Shown: one piece after another, positions 17,265 through 28,070 of the stretch
How positions within the stretch are numbered: the stretch's first letter is position 1
How the letters are laid out: each line of letters opens with the position of its first letter
Origin: Alphaproteobacteria bacterium UBA6324
GTDB taxonomy: Bacteria; Pseudomonadota; Alphaproteobacteria; CAAGCB01; CAG-977
Assembly (NCBI GenBank): GCA_002439085.1
Contig: DJSW01000007.1
Span: forward strand, 26,371 to 90,370
Length of the DNA: 64,000 bases
Direction: 5' to 3'
Notes under the pieces: model-generated
Seen by the model: the letters and a program-made list of their open reading frames with translations, nothing else
What the model was told of the DNA's origin: nothing
The model's database searches: none
Position numbers and translations under genes: made by a program

Positions 17265-18221
17265 TTACTTGGCATACTTTGCCTGAACGGCGGCCGTCGT
17301 CGTTTTTTTCTTGGTGTTGTAATGACAGGTGTAGCTCAGCGGCGTTTTCGCGCCGTCGTTGCCGATCAGTTGCGCCCGATCGCCGATCAACAGGATGTCG
17401 TCTTTCAGCACATCGACTTCATAGCTGGTGAATTTGTAATCCTTGGCCGACACCGTCCATTCAAAACGGCCGGAGATTTCCTTTGCGACGGTGGTTTCGC
17501 ACGCTTCCTGCGCCGTTTCTTCGTATTGGGCGTAGTAGGAATTCTTTTTCGTGTTCATTTTCTGGCAATCTTCTTCCGTCGCGCAAACCTTGGTCGAAGC
17601 CTGTTGCATCCGCATTTTGTCGGCTTCGCGCTGACGGCGCAATTCCTGCCGCTGTTTGGTCACGGCGATTTCGTGATCCAATCCGAATTGGACGGACGCC
17701 GCCTGCAGCGACAGCAAAAATCCCCCCAGAACCAACGCGACCAGCGTCAGCTGGATCAGGTTCAATCCCTGTTCGGCGGCCTTGGCGCGAATGGAATACG
17801 CCCCCGCCCCCAAACCGGCGACGATCAGAAAAGCCAGCATTTTGGACAGGAATCCGCCCTGCGACGAAATGTCGGAAAACATCGACATGGCCAGCATGGC
17901 GAAAACGAACAGGAAGAAATAGGAAAAAGCGGGATATTTCGTCGCTTTCAGCACGTTTTTCTCGCCCGCCAGAAAAGCCAGACCGCCGACAGCGCCGAAC
18001 AGAACGAAGCTCAGCAGCACTTTACCGAACGCGCCGAAAACGGAAAACAGCGACAAAAACAGCAACAAAACGACCACCCCGCAACCGTAAACGATTCCGA
18101 CGCGGACGGCGCCGTCCTTGTTTTGCGCCAGCAACGTTTTAAAATCACCCCGCAACAGCGGTTCGATGTCCTCGTCCGACAACAGGAGGATTTCCTTGAT
18201 TTTTTCCTGCAAATTTTGCAT
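17265..18221 (-). CDS. hypothetical membrane protein (multiple transmembrane helices, C-terminal soluble domain)
   Basis: Hydrophobic segments are present (VVLLLFLSLFSVFGAF.., FFLFVFAMLAMSMF..). No known family. Confidence 0.55.
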   Translation of the reverse strand: MQNLQEKIKEILLLSDEDIEPLLRGDFKTLLAQNKDGAVRVGIVYGCGVVVLLLFLSLFSVFGAFGKVLLSFVLFGAVGGLAFLAGEKNVLKATKYPAFSYFFLFVFAMLAMSMFSDISSQGGFLSKMLAFLIVAGLGAGAYSIRAKAAEQGLNLIQLTLVALVLGGFLLSLQAASVQFGLDHEIAVTKQRQELRRQREADKMRMQQASTKVCATEEDCQKMNTKKNSYYAQYEETAQEACETTVAKEISGRFEWTVSAKDYKFTSYEVDVLKDDILLIGDRAQLIGNDGAKTPLSYTCHYNTKKKTTTAAVQAKYAK

Positions 18222-18291
18222 TTCCGATCTCCGGCAGAAAGAATGTTTTACCTAAAGAAAGCATAAAACCAGATAAATTGCAAAACCAAAA

Positions 18292-18765
18292 TCACCCGCC
18301 TTTTAACAAACGGCGTTTTTCACGATCCCAATCGCGTTTTTTGATGTCTTCGCGGCGATCGACCGTGTTTTTGCCGACACCCAGCCCGATTTTGATTTTG
18401 GCGATTCCGCGGGCGTTGAAATACAGTTCCAGCGGGATCAGCGTGTAGCCTTTGCGCGCCACCGCGCCCATCAGGCGTTTCAATTCCTTTTTGTGCAGCA
18501 ACAGCTTGCGCGGACGGGCGGCGGTGTGTTTCATGTACCCGATCGAACCGTATTCCAGAATGGACGCGTTCAGCAGGTACAGCGCCCCGTCCTGCGGCGC
18601 GGCGTAGGATTCGTTGATGCTCGCCCGCCCCTGACGCAGAGATTTGACCTCCGCCCCCGTCAGGATCAATCCGGCCTCGACGGTTTCCTCGATGGCGTAA
18701 TTGAAGTTCGCCTTGCGGTTTTTGGCGACCGTCCCCGTGCTGATCATCGTCGATTGTCTAGCCAT
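18292..18765 (-). CDS. smpB: SsrA-binding protein SmpB
   Basis: Contains ..NRKANFNYAIEETVEAGLILTGAEVKSLR..LLLHKKEL.. Length is typical. Confidence 0.9.
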   Translation of the reverse strand: MARQSTMISTGTVAKNRKANFNYAIEETVEAGLILTGAEVKSLRQGRASINESYAAPQDGALYLLNASILEYGSIGYMKHTAARPRKLLLHKKELKRLMGAVARKGYTLIPLELYFNARGIAKIKIGLGVGKNTVDRREDIKKRDWDREKRRLLKGG

Positions 18766-18771
18766 CGGCGA

Positions 18772-19653
18772 TTACTCCGCAATCCCTGTTTGACGCATGG
18801 CGGCCAAAACGGTTTCTTTCGATTTTTCGGAAATTTCGCACAGCGGCAAACGCACCGACCCGTCGCCGAATCTCATTTGCGCCGCCGCGAATTTGACGGG
18901 ACAAGGATTGCTTTCGACAAACATGGCGTCGTGCAGCGGCAACAGCAAATCGCGCAGGCGTTCTACCTCCGCCCAATCCTTTTCCGCCCACGCGCGGTGC
19001 AATCCGGCGCAAAGCGCGGGCGCGACGTTCGATGTCACGGAAATGCACCCGTCCCCGCCATGCGCCAAAAAAGCGACGACGGACGCGTCTTCGCCCGACA
19101 GAATGGCGAAATCCTTTTTCGATACCGCCGAACGCAACCGCAACGGCCGCATCAAATCGGGAGTCGCGTCCTTGATGCCCGCGACGCGCGGCAATTCCGC
19201 CAGACGGCCGACCGTTTCGGGCGCAAGGTTCACCCCCGTGCGGCCGGGAACATTGTACAAAACGATCGGCAGGGTCGTCGCGTCGTGGACGGCCTTGAAA
19301 TGCAGGTAAAGCCCCTCTTGACTCGGTTTATTGTAATACGGCGTGACAACCAGAACGGCGTCCGCCCCCGCTTTTTCGGCTACGCGCGTGTTGGCGATCG
19401 TTTTTTGCGTGTCGTTTGTCCCCGTTCCGGCGATGACGGACACGCGTCCGGCCACGGTTTTCACGCACGTTTCGATCGTCTGTTCGTATTCCCGCGGCGT
19501 CATGACCGCGCTTTCCCCCGTCGTGCCGCACACGACGACGCCGTTGACGCCGGAATCAATTTGAAATTCGATCAATCGGGCGAACGCGTCGAAATCGATT
19601 TCGCCATTTTCAAACGGCGTGATCAAAGCGGTGTAAAGTCCTTTGTACATCAA
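18772..19653 (-). CDS. dapA: 4-hydroxy-tetrahydrodipicolinate synthase DapA
   Basis: Contains ..GLYTALITPF..GVVVCGTTGESAVMT..IVLYNVPGRTG.. Confidence 0.92.
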   Translation of the reverse strand: MMYKGLYTALITPFENGEIDFDAFARLIEFQIDSGVNGVVVCGTTGESAVMTPREYEQTIETCVKTVAGRVSVIAGTGTNDTQKTIANTRVAEKAGADAVLVVTPYYNKPSQEGLYLHFKAVHDATTLPIVLYNVPGRTGVNLAPETVGRLAELPRVAGIKDATPDLMRPLRLRSAVSKKDFAILSGEDASVVAFLAHGGDGCISVTSNVAPALCAGLHRAWAEKDWAEVERLRDLLLPLHDAMFVESNPCPVKFAAAQMRFGDGSVRLPLCEISEKSKETVLAAMRQTGIAE

Positions 19654-19701
19654 GGCCTCCTGAAAAAATTAACCTGTCAAATTAACCGTATATTAAAGGA
19701 A

Positions 19702-21684
19702 ATGCCCCAACATTTAAAGAAGTATCACGCGTCAACCGAAGGAAAAAATTTGAAGCGCCGCCTGTTGCTGTCCGCTTGTTTTTACTTTTTTTCCGTAACA
19801 GCCTGCCTGCCGGCGGCTTTTCCGGCCAATTCGGCGCACGTCCGCGCCATCAAATCGGCCGCCGTGCGCGATTACGACGCCGCCGCGAAAACGGCGAAAG
19901 AATCGGCCGACCCGAAGCTGATCAAGCTGATCGAATGGTTCCGTTTGACGGACACGGCGCAAGTGCCGGACTTTGCGTCCGCACAAAGTTTCATGAAAAA
20001 AAATCCGGATTGGCCGCGCGTTTACCTGATCCGCCGCAACGCCGAACTGGCTTTGCTGAAAAGCGGGAAAAAAGCGGCGTTGGAAAAATGGTTCAAAGTC
20101 CACCCGCCCGTTTCGCCGAAAGCGGTGCTGGCCTATGCGGACATATTGATGGAACGCAAGGAATGGGAAAAGGCCGTCCCGATGTTGCACGCCCTGTGGA
20201 CAAAAGCCGACCTGAACGACGAAGAGGCCGATTTGGTGCGTGAAAAGCTGTTTTTCCTATTGGACGAACACGACTATTCCGGCCGCGTGGAAAAATTGCT
20301 GAACGAACGCAAGGCGAGCGCGGCGAAACGCCTGATCCCCATGGCGGAACCGGCGTTCCAACCGTTGGCGCAGGCGCGCGCCGACCTGATTTCAAACGCC
20401 AAAAACGCGCAAAAGGATTTGAAAAAGCTACCCGAAAGCCGCCGTCACGACGAAGGGCTGACCTACGACCTGCTGCGCTGGCTGCGGGTGAACCGGAAAT
20501 TTTCCGCGGCCGCCAAGCTGTTGGAAAACATCGCGCCGGAAAAACAGAAATCCGCGCGGTGGTGGACGGAAAAATCCGCCCTGATCCGCCAGTTTATCGG
20601 GGAAAAGGAATACCTGACCGCTTACAACATCGCTAAAAACCACCACATGACCAAAGGGGCGGATTTCGCCGACGCCGAATGGACGGCCGGATGGATCGCC
20701 CTGCGCAATTTGAAAAAACGGCCGGAAGCGGTCGCGCATTTTCAAAATATGCTGCGCGCCGTCAGTTCGCCGTTGAGCGTCGCGCGCGCCGAATACTGGC
20801 TGGGTCGCGCGCTGGAAGAATCGGGCAAGCCGGAAAAGGCGCGGCCGTATTACGAAAAAGCCGCCGATAAAATCACGACGATTTACGGACAGCTGGCCGC
20901 GGAAAAAACCGGCCGCATCACGCCGATGCCGACGCAGTCGGTTCCGGATACGGCTTTGATCGAAAAATTCAAAAAATCGGAGCTTTTCGCCATTATGAAA
21001 ATGCTGGAAAGCGCGGAACAGCACGATCTAGTCGCCTTGTTCGCCACGCGCCTGTTTTTGGACGCGCAAACGCCGCAGGCGGTCACGGCTCTGGCCTATG
21101 CGTTGGCCGACGGGTTGAAGCGCGACGATCTGGCCGTCACGATTGCCCGACGCGCCCGCCAAAGCGGAACGGATATCGTTTTTTTGGGATACCCCGTGCG
21201 CGATTTAAAGCATGACGAACGCACGGAATCCGCGATCATCCTGTCCATCATCCGGCAGGAAAGCAGCTTTGCGTCCCACGCCGTATCTCCCGCCGGCGCG
21301 CGCGGGCTGATGCAAATCATGCCGGCGACGGCCAAGCAGATGGCGCATAAAAAACGTAAAGCCTTTTCCGTGCAAAAGCTGAACGCCGACCCTGATTTCA
21401 ACGTCGAATTGGGCAGCACATACTTTGCGGAATTGTTGAAACGGTTTGACGGGTCTTACATTCTGGCGGTCGCCGCGTACAACGCGGGGCCGACGAACGT
21501 CAAAAAATGGCTGAACACCATCGGCAACCCGTTAAAGGATGTCGATCCGGTCGATTGGATCGAACGCATCCCGTTCGGCGAAACACGCAACTATGTCCAG
21601 CGCGTATTGGAAAACCTGCACGTTTACAGACGCCACCTGAATTATCCGGAATCGTCGCTGAACGTTTGGAAAAAGAACGATTAA
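19702..21684 (+). CDS. slt: soluble lytic murein transglycosylase (Slt family)
   Basis: Signal peptide (alternative TTG start at 19750). Superhelical N-domain. C-terminal SLT domain (..LSIIRQESSFASHAVSPAGARGLMQIMPATA..AYNAGP..). Confidence 0.82.
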   Translation: MPQHLKKYHASTEGKNLKRRLLLSACFYFFSVTACLPAAFPANSAHVRAIKSAAVRDYDAAAKTAKESADPKLIKLIEWFRLTDTAQVPDFASAQSFMKKNPDWPRVYLIRRNAELALLKSGKKAALEKWFKVHPPVSPKAVLAYADILMERKEWEKAVPMLHALWTKADLNDEEADLVREKLFFLLDEHDYSGRVEKLLNERKASAAKRLIPMAEPAFQPLAQARADLISNAKNAQKDLKKLPESRRHDEGLTYDLLRWLRVNRKFSAAAKLLENIAPEKQKSARWWTEKSALIRQFIGEKEYLTAYNIAKNHHMTKGADFADAEWTAGWIALRNLKKRPEAVAHFQNMLRAVSSPLSVARAEYWLGRALEESGKPEKARPYYEKAADKITTIYGQLAAEKTGRITPMPTQSVPDTALIEKFKKSELFAIMKMLESAEQHDLVALFATRLFLDAQTPQAVTALAYALADGLKRDDLAVTIARRARQSGTDIVFLGYPVRDLKHDERTESAIILSIIRQESSFASHAVSPAGARGLMQIMPATAKQMAHKKRKAFSVQKLNADPDFNVELGSTYFAELLKRFDGSYILAVAAYNAGPTNVKKWLNTIGNPLKDVDPVDWIERIPFGETRNYVQRVLENLHVYRRHLNYPESSLNVWKKND

Positions 21685-22172
21685 AGCCGGTTTTCCTTGT
21701 CCGCCGGTTTCAAATAATGTTTTGAAATCTTCCATTTTTTAACGGCGGCAGTGACAACGGGATCGTCCGGATTTGTGAACCGCCACCCTTTTTTCAACAA
21801 CCGCATCACAGCCGCCCTGTTGCCTTTGAACGCCAGATAAACGGCACAAACCAGCAACAACGCCCCCGCGGCCGAATCAACGGGATCGCCCTGTTGCAAG
21901 GCGTAATATTCCTCTACCGTCGTCGCGGCCAAAATGCGCTTCACCTGCAAATAAAACGAAACAAACTGGACGGTCGTCAACCCGAACATCAGCCACGCCC
22001 ACCCCCACAGCCGTTTGAAAAACAGCGGCAGGCCGAAAAATCCGCCGACCAGCAGGATGCTCCAGCTGAAACCGGTGGCCATTTTCTTTTTCTCCCCGCC
22101 GTCGGGATCGACCATTTCCAATGTCGGCGCGTTGGAAACACCGAAAAAAATCAGCTTCAGAAAATCTTTCAT
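21681..22172 (-). CDS. DUF2628-like small membrane protein
   Basis: Contains the motif ATGFSWSILLVGGFFGLPLFFKRLWGWAWLMFGL. RBS AGGGGGAT. Start is at 22172. Confidence 0.6.
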   Translation of the reverse strand: MKDFLKLIFFGVSNAPTLEMVDPDGGEKKKMATGFSWSILLVGGFFGLPLFFKRLWGWAWLMFGLTTVQFVSFYLQVKRILAATTVEEYYALQQGDPVDSAAGALLLVCAVYLAFKGNRAAVMRLLKKGWRFTNPDDPVVTAAVKKWKISKHYLKPADKENRL

Positions 22173-22226
22173 CACATCCCCCTGTCGTTTTTTTCCGTTA
22201 TATACCGGAAACCGGAGCGGCTCCAA

Positions 22227-22685
22227 TCATCTTTTTTCACCGGCGTAAAAAGCGGCCAATCCGTCCAACATTTTGTTAATCGCCAGATAGACGGCTTTGT
22301 ACGTCCGTTTCGCCCCTTTGTCCAACACGGGATAGCGTTCCAGAAAATCGGCAACGTTCCGTTCGTCGCGCAGGAAATGGCGCGCGTAAACCCCGTACGG
22401 TTCAATGTGTTTCAACGCCCGCAAATACCGGTCGGCGGCGTCGCACCGCAGCCCGTCAACGCCGTCCGCGCCGTTTCGTCCGCGGCCGCCCGCGACGCGC
22501 AATCCGGCGTAATCCGTCGTCACGCGGTGCGAAAACAGCGATTTGCGGTAATCGTTCATAAACGTCAACCCCGCTTTCAACCGGACATCCGACACGGGAA
22601 AACGCCCCAGTTGCCCCTTTTGATACATTTTCAGCAAAACGCACACTTCCGACGTTCCGGCGCGAACCTTTATTTCTTTTTCCAT
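22227..22685 (-). CDS. hypothetical protein (153 aa)
   Basis: RBS AGGAGG precedes ATG 22685. Divergent from the XRE regulator across an AT-rich intergenic region. Confidence 0.5.
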   Translation of the reverse strand: MEKEIKVRAGTSEVCVLLKMYQKGQLGRFPVSDVRLKAGLTFMNDYRKSLFSHRVTTDYAGLRVAGGRGRNGADGVDGLRCDAADRYLRALKHIEPYGVYARHFLRDERNVADFLERYPVLDKGAKRTYKAVYLAINKMLDGLAAFYAGEKR

Positions 22686-22830
22686 TTCATCCTCCTTTTT
22701 ACGGTTTTGCACGGTTGACGCCCCTCTAAATATCACAAAAAGTTTATATTGTAAATAACAAATAGTTAATTTTATTCCGTGATAAAGTATGCCACTATTC
22801 TCCGCGGGTTAATCGAAACAGGAGGGAAGC

Positions 22831-23232
22831 ATGATCGGACAACGTTTGAATCAAAGGATTTCCGAATTGGGATTAACCCAGCAAAGGGCAGCGGATCAGC
22901 TGGAAATCAGTCAAAGCAGGCTGAACCAGTATTTAAAGGACAAACGCGAACCGGACGGGCAAATGTTTTGCAGAATTTGCCGCACGTTCGGCGTCACGCC
23001 GAACTGGCTGTACGGGTTTGAGGAAAAATCCCCCGCGGAATTGCCGAAAATTGACAAGACAGCCTTGGAAGCCGCCGTTTTGTTTTTAAAAAAATACGAA
23101 GACAGCCACCACAAATCGTTTTCAGCCGAACAAGCCGCCCGCATCGTTTCCGTCGTGTACGACATCATTGTCACGGAATCGACGGAAAACGCTCAAAAAG
23201 CTATTGATTGGGTAATAGAGGCTGTCGCATGA
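22831..23232 (+). CDS. XRE-family helix-turn-helix transcriptional regulator
   Basis: Begins MIGQRLNQRISELGLTQQRAADQLEISQSRLNQYL.., a classic HTH_XRE. RBS AGGAGGGA. Confidence 0.8.
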   Translation: MIGQRLNQRISELGLTQQRAADQLEISQSRLNQYLKDKREPDGQMFCRICRTFGVTPNWLYGFEEKSPAELPKIDKTALEAAVLFLKKYEDSHHKSFSAEQAARIVSVVYDIIVTESTENAQKAIDWVIEAVA

Positions 23233-23501
23233 TAACACAAGATAATCGACCTGAAACAGGTTCGGCCGAACGTCGGTTGAACCTGATGAAAGAACTGAAC
23301 GTTCTGTTAAAACAACCTGAAAAACTGCCGACCGACGTGCCGGACGAACCGGCCGCCAACAACGCCGGAAAGCAAATCTGCATCAACATCAACGGCGATC
23401 ACAACGTCGTCGCCGCCGGAAAATCGCAGGACATCCGGCAAAGCAAACGCAGGAAATCCGCCTTTGCGGCCGCGGCGTTCGCCTGCCTGCTCTTTTTTTA
23501 A
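23229..23501 (+). CDS. small hypothetical protein (90 aa, hydrophobic C-terminus)
   Basis: ATGA overlap with the XRE stop. Ends ..AAAAFACLLFF. Confidence 0.4.
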   Translation: MITQDNRPETGSAERRLNLMKELNVLLKQPEKLPTDVPDEPAANNAGKQICININGDHNVVAAGKSQDIRQSKRRKSAFAAAAFACLLFF

Positions 23502-23913
23502 TCCCGACCGCCCGTCATAATTACGGCGCGCCGGACACGGCAATCAAAAGTTGTTCAGTTCCAAGTCCGGAAACAATATGGCTGAAACGCTATGTCGCCG
23601 CGGTTTCCAAAAATCAACACCGTCATCCCAATTCCGTATGGGCGGAATTGAAACGCAAATACGGTTTTTACAGTTACAAGGACATCGCCTGCCCCGTCAT
23701 GGCGGCGATCAAATCCGAATTGGGCTATCCGGATATACCGGCCGGCGGCGGACGTAACCCTTCGGACGCTGAAAAACAACTTTTGTCTTATCCCTGAAAA
23801 GGCATCATGACAAACGGCGCAAACCAAGCAACACTGTAACCATGAAGAGCCGCAAATCCAAATCCGGCCGCTTCGGATACAGATGAATGATTTGAACCGC
23901 AAAGGAGAATGAT

Positions 23914-24459
23914 ATGTTTGCAAAGAAAATCCTTTTTGGAACACTTGCTTCCGCCGTTGTTTTTTCAGCGTTCGCCCCGTCGGCCAAAGCCGACGAACAC
24001 TGCGGCGACCGTCCCTATGCCGCCGTCAGAACCGGCGTCGCGATGTTGAAAAACCACATCGACAAAAACGCGTGGGAAGGATCGGTCGCTATCGGTACGC
24101 AAATGAACGCGTTCCGCGCTGAAATGGAATACACATACCGCGATAAAATCAAGGGCGATCACAACCGGACGAAACACGAAATCGGTTCCATGAGCCTGAT
24201 GGCCAACGGATATTACGATATGCGCAACCACACGCACTTTACGCCGTTTATCAATCTGGCGGCCGGCGCGTCCCGTCTGCATATGAAAGACGCGGGCGTT
24301 TCGTCAAACACGGATTACCGGTTTTCGTGGGGCGGCGGCGTCGGTGTCGGATACGACATCACCAAATCCGCGACGTTCGATCTGGGATACAGGTTCCTTG
24401 ATTTAGGCAAGGACGTGAAATCAAACGAATTTTACGCCGGATTGCGTTTCGCGTTCTGA
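23914..24459 (+). CDS. outer-membrane beta-barrel protein (OmpA/Opacity-like porin family)
   Basis: Signal peptide. Alternating amphipathic strands. The C-terminus ends in F (..AGLRFAF). Confidence 0.78.
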   Translation: MFAKKILFGTLASAVVFSAFAPSAKADEHCGDRPYAAVRTGVAMLKNHIDKNAWEGSVAIGTQMNAFRAEMEYTYRDKIKGDHNRTKHEIGSMSLMANGYYDMRNHTHFTPFINLAAGASRLHMKDAGVSSNTDYRFSWGGGVGVGYDITKSATFDLGYRFLDLGKDVKSNEFYAGLRFAF

Positions 24460-24487
24460 TTTCCCCGAACGTTCTGATTTTTCCGAA

Positions 24488-24516
24488 AAGCCGGAGGCCG
24501 CCCCTCCGGCTTTTTC
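24488..24516 (+). terminator. intrinsic terminator after the OMP gene
   Basis: CCGGAGG-CCGCC-CCTCCGG followed by TTTTT. Confidence 0.6.
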
Positions 24517-24574
24517 AGGCTTGACTTTTCCGTCCGGATATATAACATAATGTTATACGCTTTAAGGAAAAGAA

Positions 24575-24814
24575 ATGCCGGAAATTCAAAACAATCTGGA
24601 AACGCTGGAACTGATTTTGGAAACGGAGCGCGCCTATTCAAACGACATCCGCCGTTTGGCGGCGCGGATGCGGTTCGGCGACCTGACGGATTACTTGAAC
24701 GGGCTGAGCGATTTGAAAAACGACCACCTGACGCCGCTGCGGCTGGAATTGGAAAACGCCCTGCCCGCGCGAAACGATTTCGCCGACCGTTATTGGTATT
24801 TCCGGCGCACCTGA
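24575..24814 (+). CDS. small hypothetical protein (79 aa)
   Basis: RBS AAGGAAAAG precedes the ATG. No family recognised. Confidence 0.4.
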   Translation: MPEIQNNLETLELILETERAYSNDIRRLAARMRFGDLTDYLNGLSDLKNDHLTPLRLELENALPARNDFADRYWYFRRT

Positions 24815-24817
24815 ACC

Positions 24818-25183
24818 CTATGCCGGACGCGCGACCGTTTCACACGGCGCGTCGTCGGACGGAACGATTTGCGTTTGCGCCAAACCGACGCGGTCGATGC
24901 CCGTCACCGCGATATCGTATTGGCGGACGATTTCGGAAGAATCCTCCGGCGTTTCCAGAAAACGCACCTTTTTCATCGTTTTCAACACATTGACGATCTT
25001 GTCTTCCAACGCGTCCAACAGGATCACCTGTCCGGGGCGGCGCAGCAAAAAAGCCTGTCTGTCCCCGTCGAACAAAAAGCGCGGGTTGTCCGGTTCGCCG
25101 TCGTACGACCGGATCGTAAAGGCCAGCGCGCCGTCCGAATCGCGAAACACGAAATAAAGCTTTTCCTGAATGATTTTTCTCAT
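24818..25183 (-). CDS. hypothetical protein (121 aa), paralog of the gene at 16846-17187
   Basis: See the paralog alignment under 16846-17187. Confidence 0.6.
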   Translation of the reverse strand: MRKIIQEKLYFVFRDSDGALAFTIRSYDGEPDNPRFLFDGDRQAFLLRRPGQVILLDALEDKIVNVLKTMKKVRFLETPEDSSEIVRQYDIAVTGIDRVGLAQTQIVPSDDAPCETVARPA

Positions 25184-25313
25184 TTTGCGTTCCCATCCTG
25201 TTGGATAGTCAGAATAGTTTCACATATTTAACATTTTATTACCGCGCGCGATTTTTTGGACAAAAAAGAAAAGGACGCCCGCAAAGACGCCCTTTTCCCC
25301 TGTTTTCAAACCG

Positions 25314-25796
25314 TCATTGTTCGCGCAAAATTTTCGCCAAACGATCCAAAATGCCGTTGACGACCTTGATTTCCGCCCCCGAATAAAAACAGCCGGTGAT
25401 CCCGACGTATTCCGTGATGATCACGGCGACGGGCGTTTCGGGATACGCCATCAATTCGGCCACGCCGGCCTGCAAAATGGCGCGCAAGGTCATTTCGACG
25501 CTTTCGGGCGACCGGTTTTCGGTCAGGGACGAATTGATCATTTCGTTGATCTTGTCGGCGTTTTGCGCGTAGGACGACAGGATTCCGGCGAACAAAGTCG
25601 GTTCGGCCGGCATGACGGGAACGAATTTTTCCGTCCCTTCGTCCTCGTTTTCCTCGATGACTTCGCCGCCGATATCGCCAGCCATAAATTCGCGGGCGAT
25701 ATCGTCAACGCTTTTTTCACCGAAAGCGTACTGGTACAACGCCTGAACGGCGGCCAAACGCGACGAACTGCGGTTGGTTTTCACTTTAGACATCAT
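25314..25796 (-). CDS. nusB: transcription antitermination factor NusB
   Basis: Contains ..[18 protein letters not shown].. and typical NusB helices. Confidence 0.9.
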   Translation of the reverse strand: MMSKVKTNRSSSRLAAVQALYQYAFGEKSVDDIAREFMAGDIGGEVIEENEDEGTEKFVPVMPAEPTLFAGILSSYAQNADKINEMINSSLTENRSPESVEMTLRAILQAGVAELMAYPETPVAVIITEYVGITGCFYSGAEIKVVNGILDRLAKILREQ

Positions 25797-26274
25797 TTTC
25801 TCCTTTAAGGGGGCCGGCGTCCGCCACAGCCTCCAAACTGCTGATAAAAGCTTTAAAATCCTTGGCTTCCCTGAAATCGCGATAGACGGAGGCGAAACGC
25901 ACGTACGCCACGGGATCCAGCGCGGCCAAAGCCTCCATCACCAATTCGCCGATCCGGCCGGACGGAATTTCGTTTTCGCCCGAAACCTCCAACTGGCGCT
26001 GGATGCTGTTGACGATCAATTCCACCTGTTCGGGGCTGATCGGCCGTTTGCGAACGGCGACCGTAATGGATCGCTGCAATTTTTCGCGGTCGAACGGCGT
26101 GCGGCTTTTGTCCTTTTTAATCACGGTCAATTCGCGCAGCTGGACGCGTTCAAACGTCGTGAACCGCGACCCGCAGGCGGGGCAGAACCGCCGCCGGCGA
26201 ATGGCGGAGTTGTCTTCGCTGGGACGCGAATCCTTGACCTGCGTTTCTTCAAACCCGCAAAAGGGACAGCGCAT
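25786..26274 (-). CDS. nrdR: transcriptional repressor NrdR
   Basis: Begins [44 protein letters not shown].. (zinc ribbon plus ATP-cone). Confidence 0.92.
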   Translation of the reverse strand: MRCPFCGFEETQVKDSRPSEDNSAIRRRRFCPACGSRFTTFERVQLRELTVIKKDKSRTPFDREKLQRSITVAVRKRPISPEQVELIVNSIQRQLEVSGENEIPSGRIGELVMEALAALDPVAYVRFASVYRDFREAKDFKAFISSLEAVADAGPLKGENDV

Positions 26275-26277
26275 AAA

Positions 26278-27564
26278 TCAATCCTCCGCCAGCCCTTCGT
26301 AAATCGGGAAACGGGCGCACAGTTCCACCACCGTTTTCGCGGCCTTTTCCTCCGCCGCGGAATTGTCTTCGCGGTTTTCGGACAAAGCGTCCAAAACGTC
26401 GCCGATCAGGTTGCCGACCAGCCGGAATTCCTCGGTTTTAAAGCCGCGCGTCGTCCCCGCGGGCGTTCCCAAACGGATGCCCGACGTGACGGTCGGTTTT
26501 TCGGGATCGAACGGAATGCCGTTTTTGTTGCACGTCATATGCGCGCGTTCCAAACTCTTGTCCGCCAGTTTGCCCGTCAAATGTTTCGGGCGCAAATCAA
26601 CCAGCACCAAATGTGTGTCCGTTCCGCCCGACACCAGATTCAACCCGCGCGCCGTCAGCGTTTCGCCCAAAACCTTGGCGTTGGCGACGACGTTTTTCGC
26701 GTATTCTTTGAATTCCGGCTTCAACGCTTCACCCAAAGCGACGGCTTTGGCGGCGATGACATGCATCAACGGCCCGCCCTGCAATCCGGGGAAAACGGCG
26801 GAATTGATTTTCTTCGCCAGATCCTCGCGGTTGGTCATGATCATGCCGCCGCGGGGGCCGCGCAAAGTCTTGTGCGTCGTCGTCGTCACGATATCCGCGT
26901 ATTTCAGCGGATTTTCATGCACGCCCCCCGCGACCAATCCGGCGAAATGCGCCATATCGACCATCAAAATCGCGCCGACTTCGTCCGCGATCGCGCGGAA
27001 TTTGGCAAAGTCGATCGCGCGGGGATACGCCGATCCGCCCGCGATGATCAGCTTGGGCTTGCTTTCTTTCGCCAGCCGTTCGACCTCGTCGAAATCGATG
27101 CGGCCGTCGTCTTCGCGCACGCCGTACTGCACCGCGTGGAACCACTTGCCCGACAGTGCGGGTGCCGCGCCATGCGTCAAATGCCCGCCCGCGGACAAAG
27201 ACATCCCCATCAGCGTGTCCCCCGGCTGTAGCAAAGCCAGCTGAACCGCGCCGTTTGCCTGCGCGCCCGAATGCGGCTGGACGTTGACGAATTCCGCACC
27301 GAACAGTTTTTTCGCGCGTTCGATCGCCAGATTTTCGGCGATATCGACGAATTCGCATCCGCCGTAATAACGTTTGCCGCAATAGCCTTCGGCGTATTTA
27401 TTGGTCAAAATCGACCCTTGCGCCTGTAAAACGGCCTTTGACACGATGTTTTCCGACGCGATCAGCTCGATCTGATTTTGCTGACGGTGCAATTCCTTGA
27501 CAATGCCGTCGTAGATTTCGGGATCGGCATCCTTTAAATCAGTCGTAAAAAACGGATTCGTCAT
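26278..27564 (-). CDS. glyA: serine hydroxymethyltransferase
   Basis: Contains ..[41 protein letters not shown].. Confidence 0.95.
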   Translation of the reverse strand: MTNPFFTTDLKDADPEIYDGIVKELHRQQNQIELIASENIVSKAVLQAQGSILTNKYAEGYCGKRYYGGCEFVDIAENLAIERAKKLFGAEFVNVQPHSGAQANGAVQLALLQPGDTLMGMSLSAGGHLTHGAAPALSGKWFHAVQYGVREDDGRIDFDEVERLAKESKPKLIIAGGSAYPRAIDFAKFRAIADEVGAILMVDMAHFAGLVAGGVHENPLKYADIVTTTTHKTLRGPRGGMIMTNREDLAKKINSAVFPGLQGGPLMHVIAAKAVALGEALKPEFKEYAKNVVANAKVLGETLTARGLNLVSGGTDTHLVLVDLRPKHLTGKLADKSLERAHMTCNKNGIPFDPEKPTVTSGIRLGTPAGTTRGFKTEEFRLVGNLIGDVLDALSENREDNSAAEEKAAKTVVELCARFPIYEGLAED

Positions 27565-27574
27565 TTCAATCCTT

Positions 27575-28015
27575 TCAGCACATATGGGACAGTTTTTCGA
27601 CGCGGCGTTCGTGGCGTCCGCCCAAAAATTCGGTGTTCAGGAAAATGTCGGCGCATTCAAAAGCGACTTCGACGCCCGTGTTGCGCCCGCCCATCACCAA
27701 AACATTGGCGTTGTTGTGCTGGCGGCACAGACGCGCGCCGAAAGCGTCATGCACCAGCGCGGCGCGGATGAACGGAAAGCGGTTGGCGGCGATGCTGATG
27801 CCGATGCCCGTGCCGCACAGCAAAATGCCGCGTTCGGCCTTGCCCGTTTTGATCGCGTCCGCCATCAACGCGGCGATATCCGGATAATCGACGGAATCTT
27901 TCGTGTGCGTCCCCAGATCCAGAACGTCGTAGCCGTCCTTTTTCAATTTTTCGACCAGTTCGTTTTTCAATTCAAAGCCGCCGTGATCCGACGCCAGAGC
28001 AATAACTTTAGACAT
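27575..28015 (-). CDS. rpiB: ribose-5-phosphate isomerase B
   Basis: Begins [35 protein letters not shown].. and contains [16 protein letters not shown]. Confidence 0.9.
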   Translation of the reverse strand: MSKVIALASDHGGFELKNELVEKLKKDGYDVLDLGTHTKDSVDYPDIAALMADAIKTGKAERGILLCGTGIGISIAANRFPFIRAALVHDAFGARLCRQHNNANVLVMGGRNTGVEVAFECADIFLNTEFLGGRHERRVEKLSHMC

Positions 28016-28070
28016 CTTTCAATCCTTTCTGAAAATTTTTTATTTTTTTAGCACACACCGGCGGGATTTG

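Noticed and set aside
18493-19701. About 400-aa N-terminal extension of the slt ORF in the six-frame track
   Set aside because: It is antisense to smpB and dapA and has no homology. The real Slt starts at 19702 with a signal peptide.
25774-27231. 485-aa plus-strand ORF
   Set aside because: It is antisense to nrdR and glyA. It is a spurious frame.
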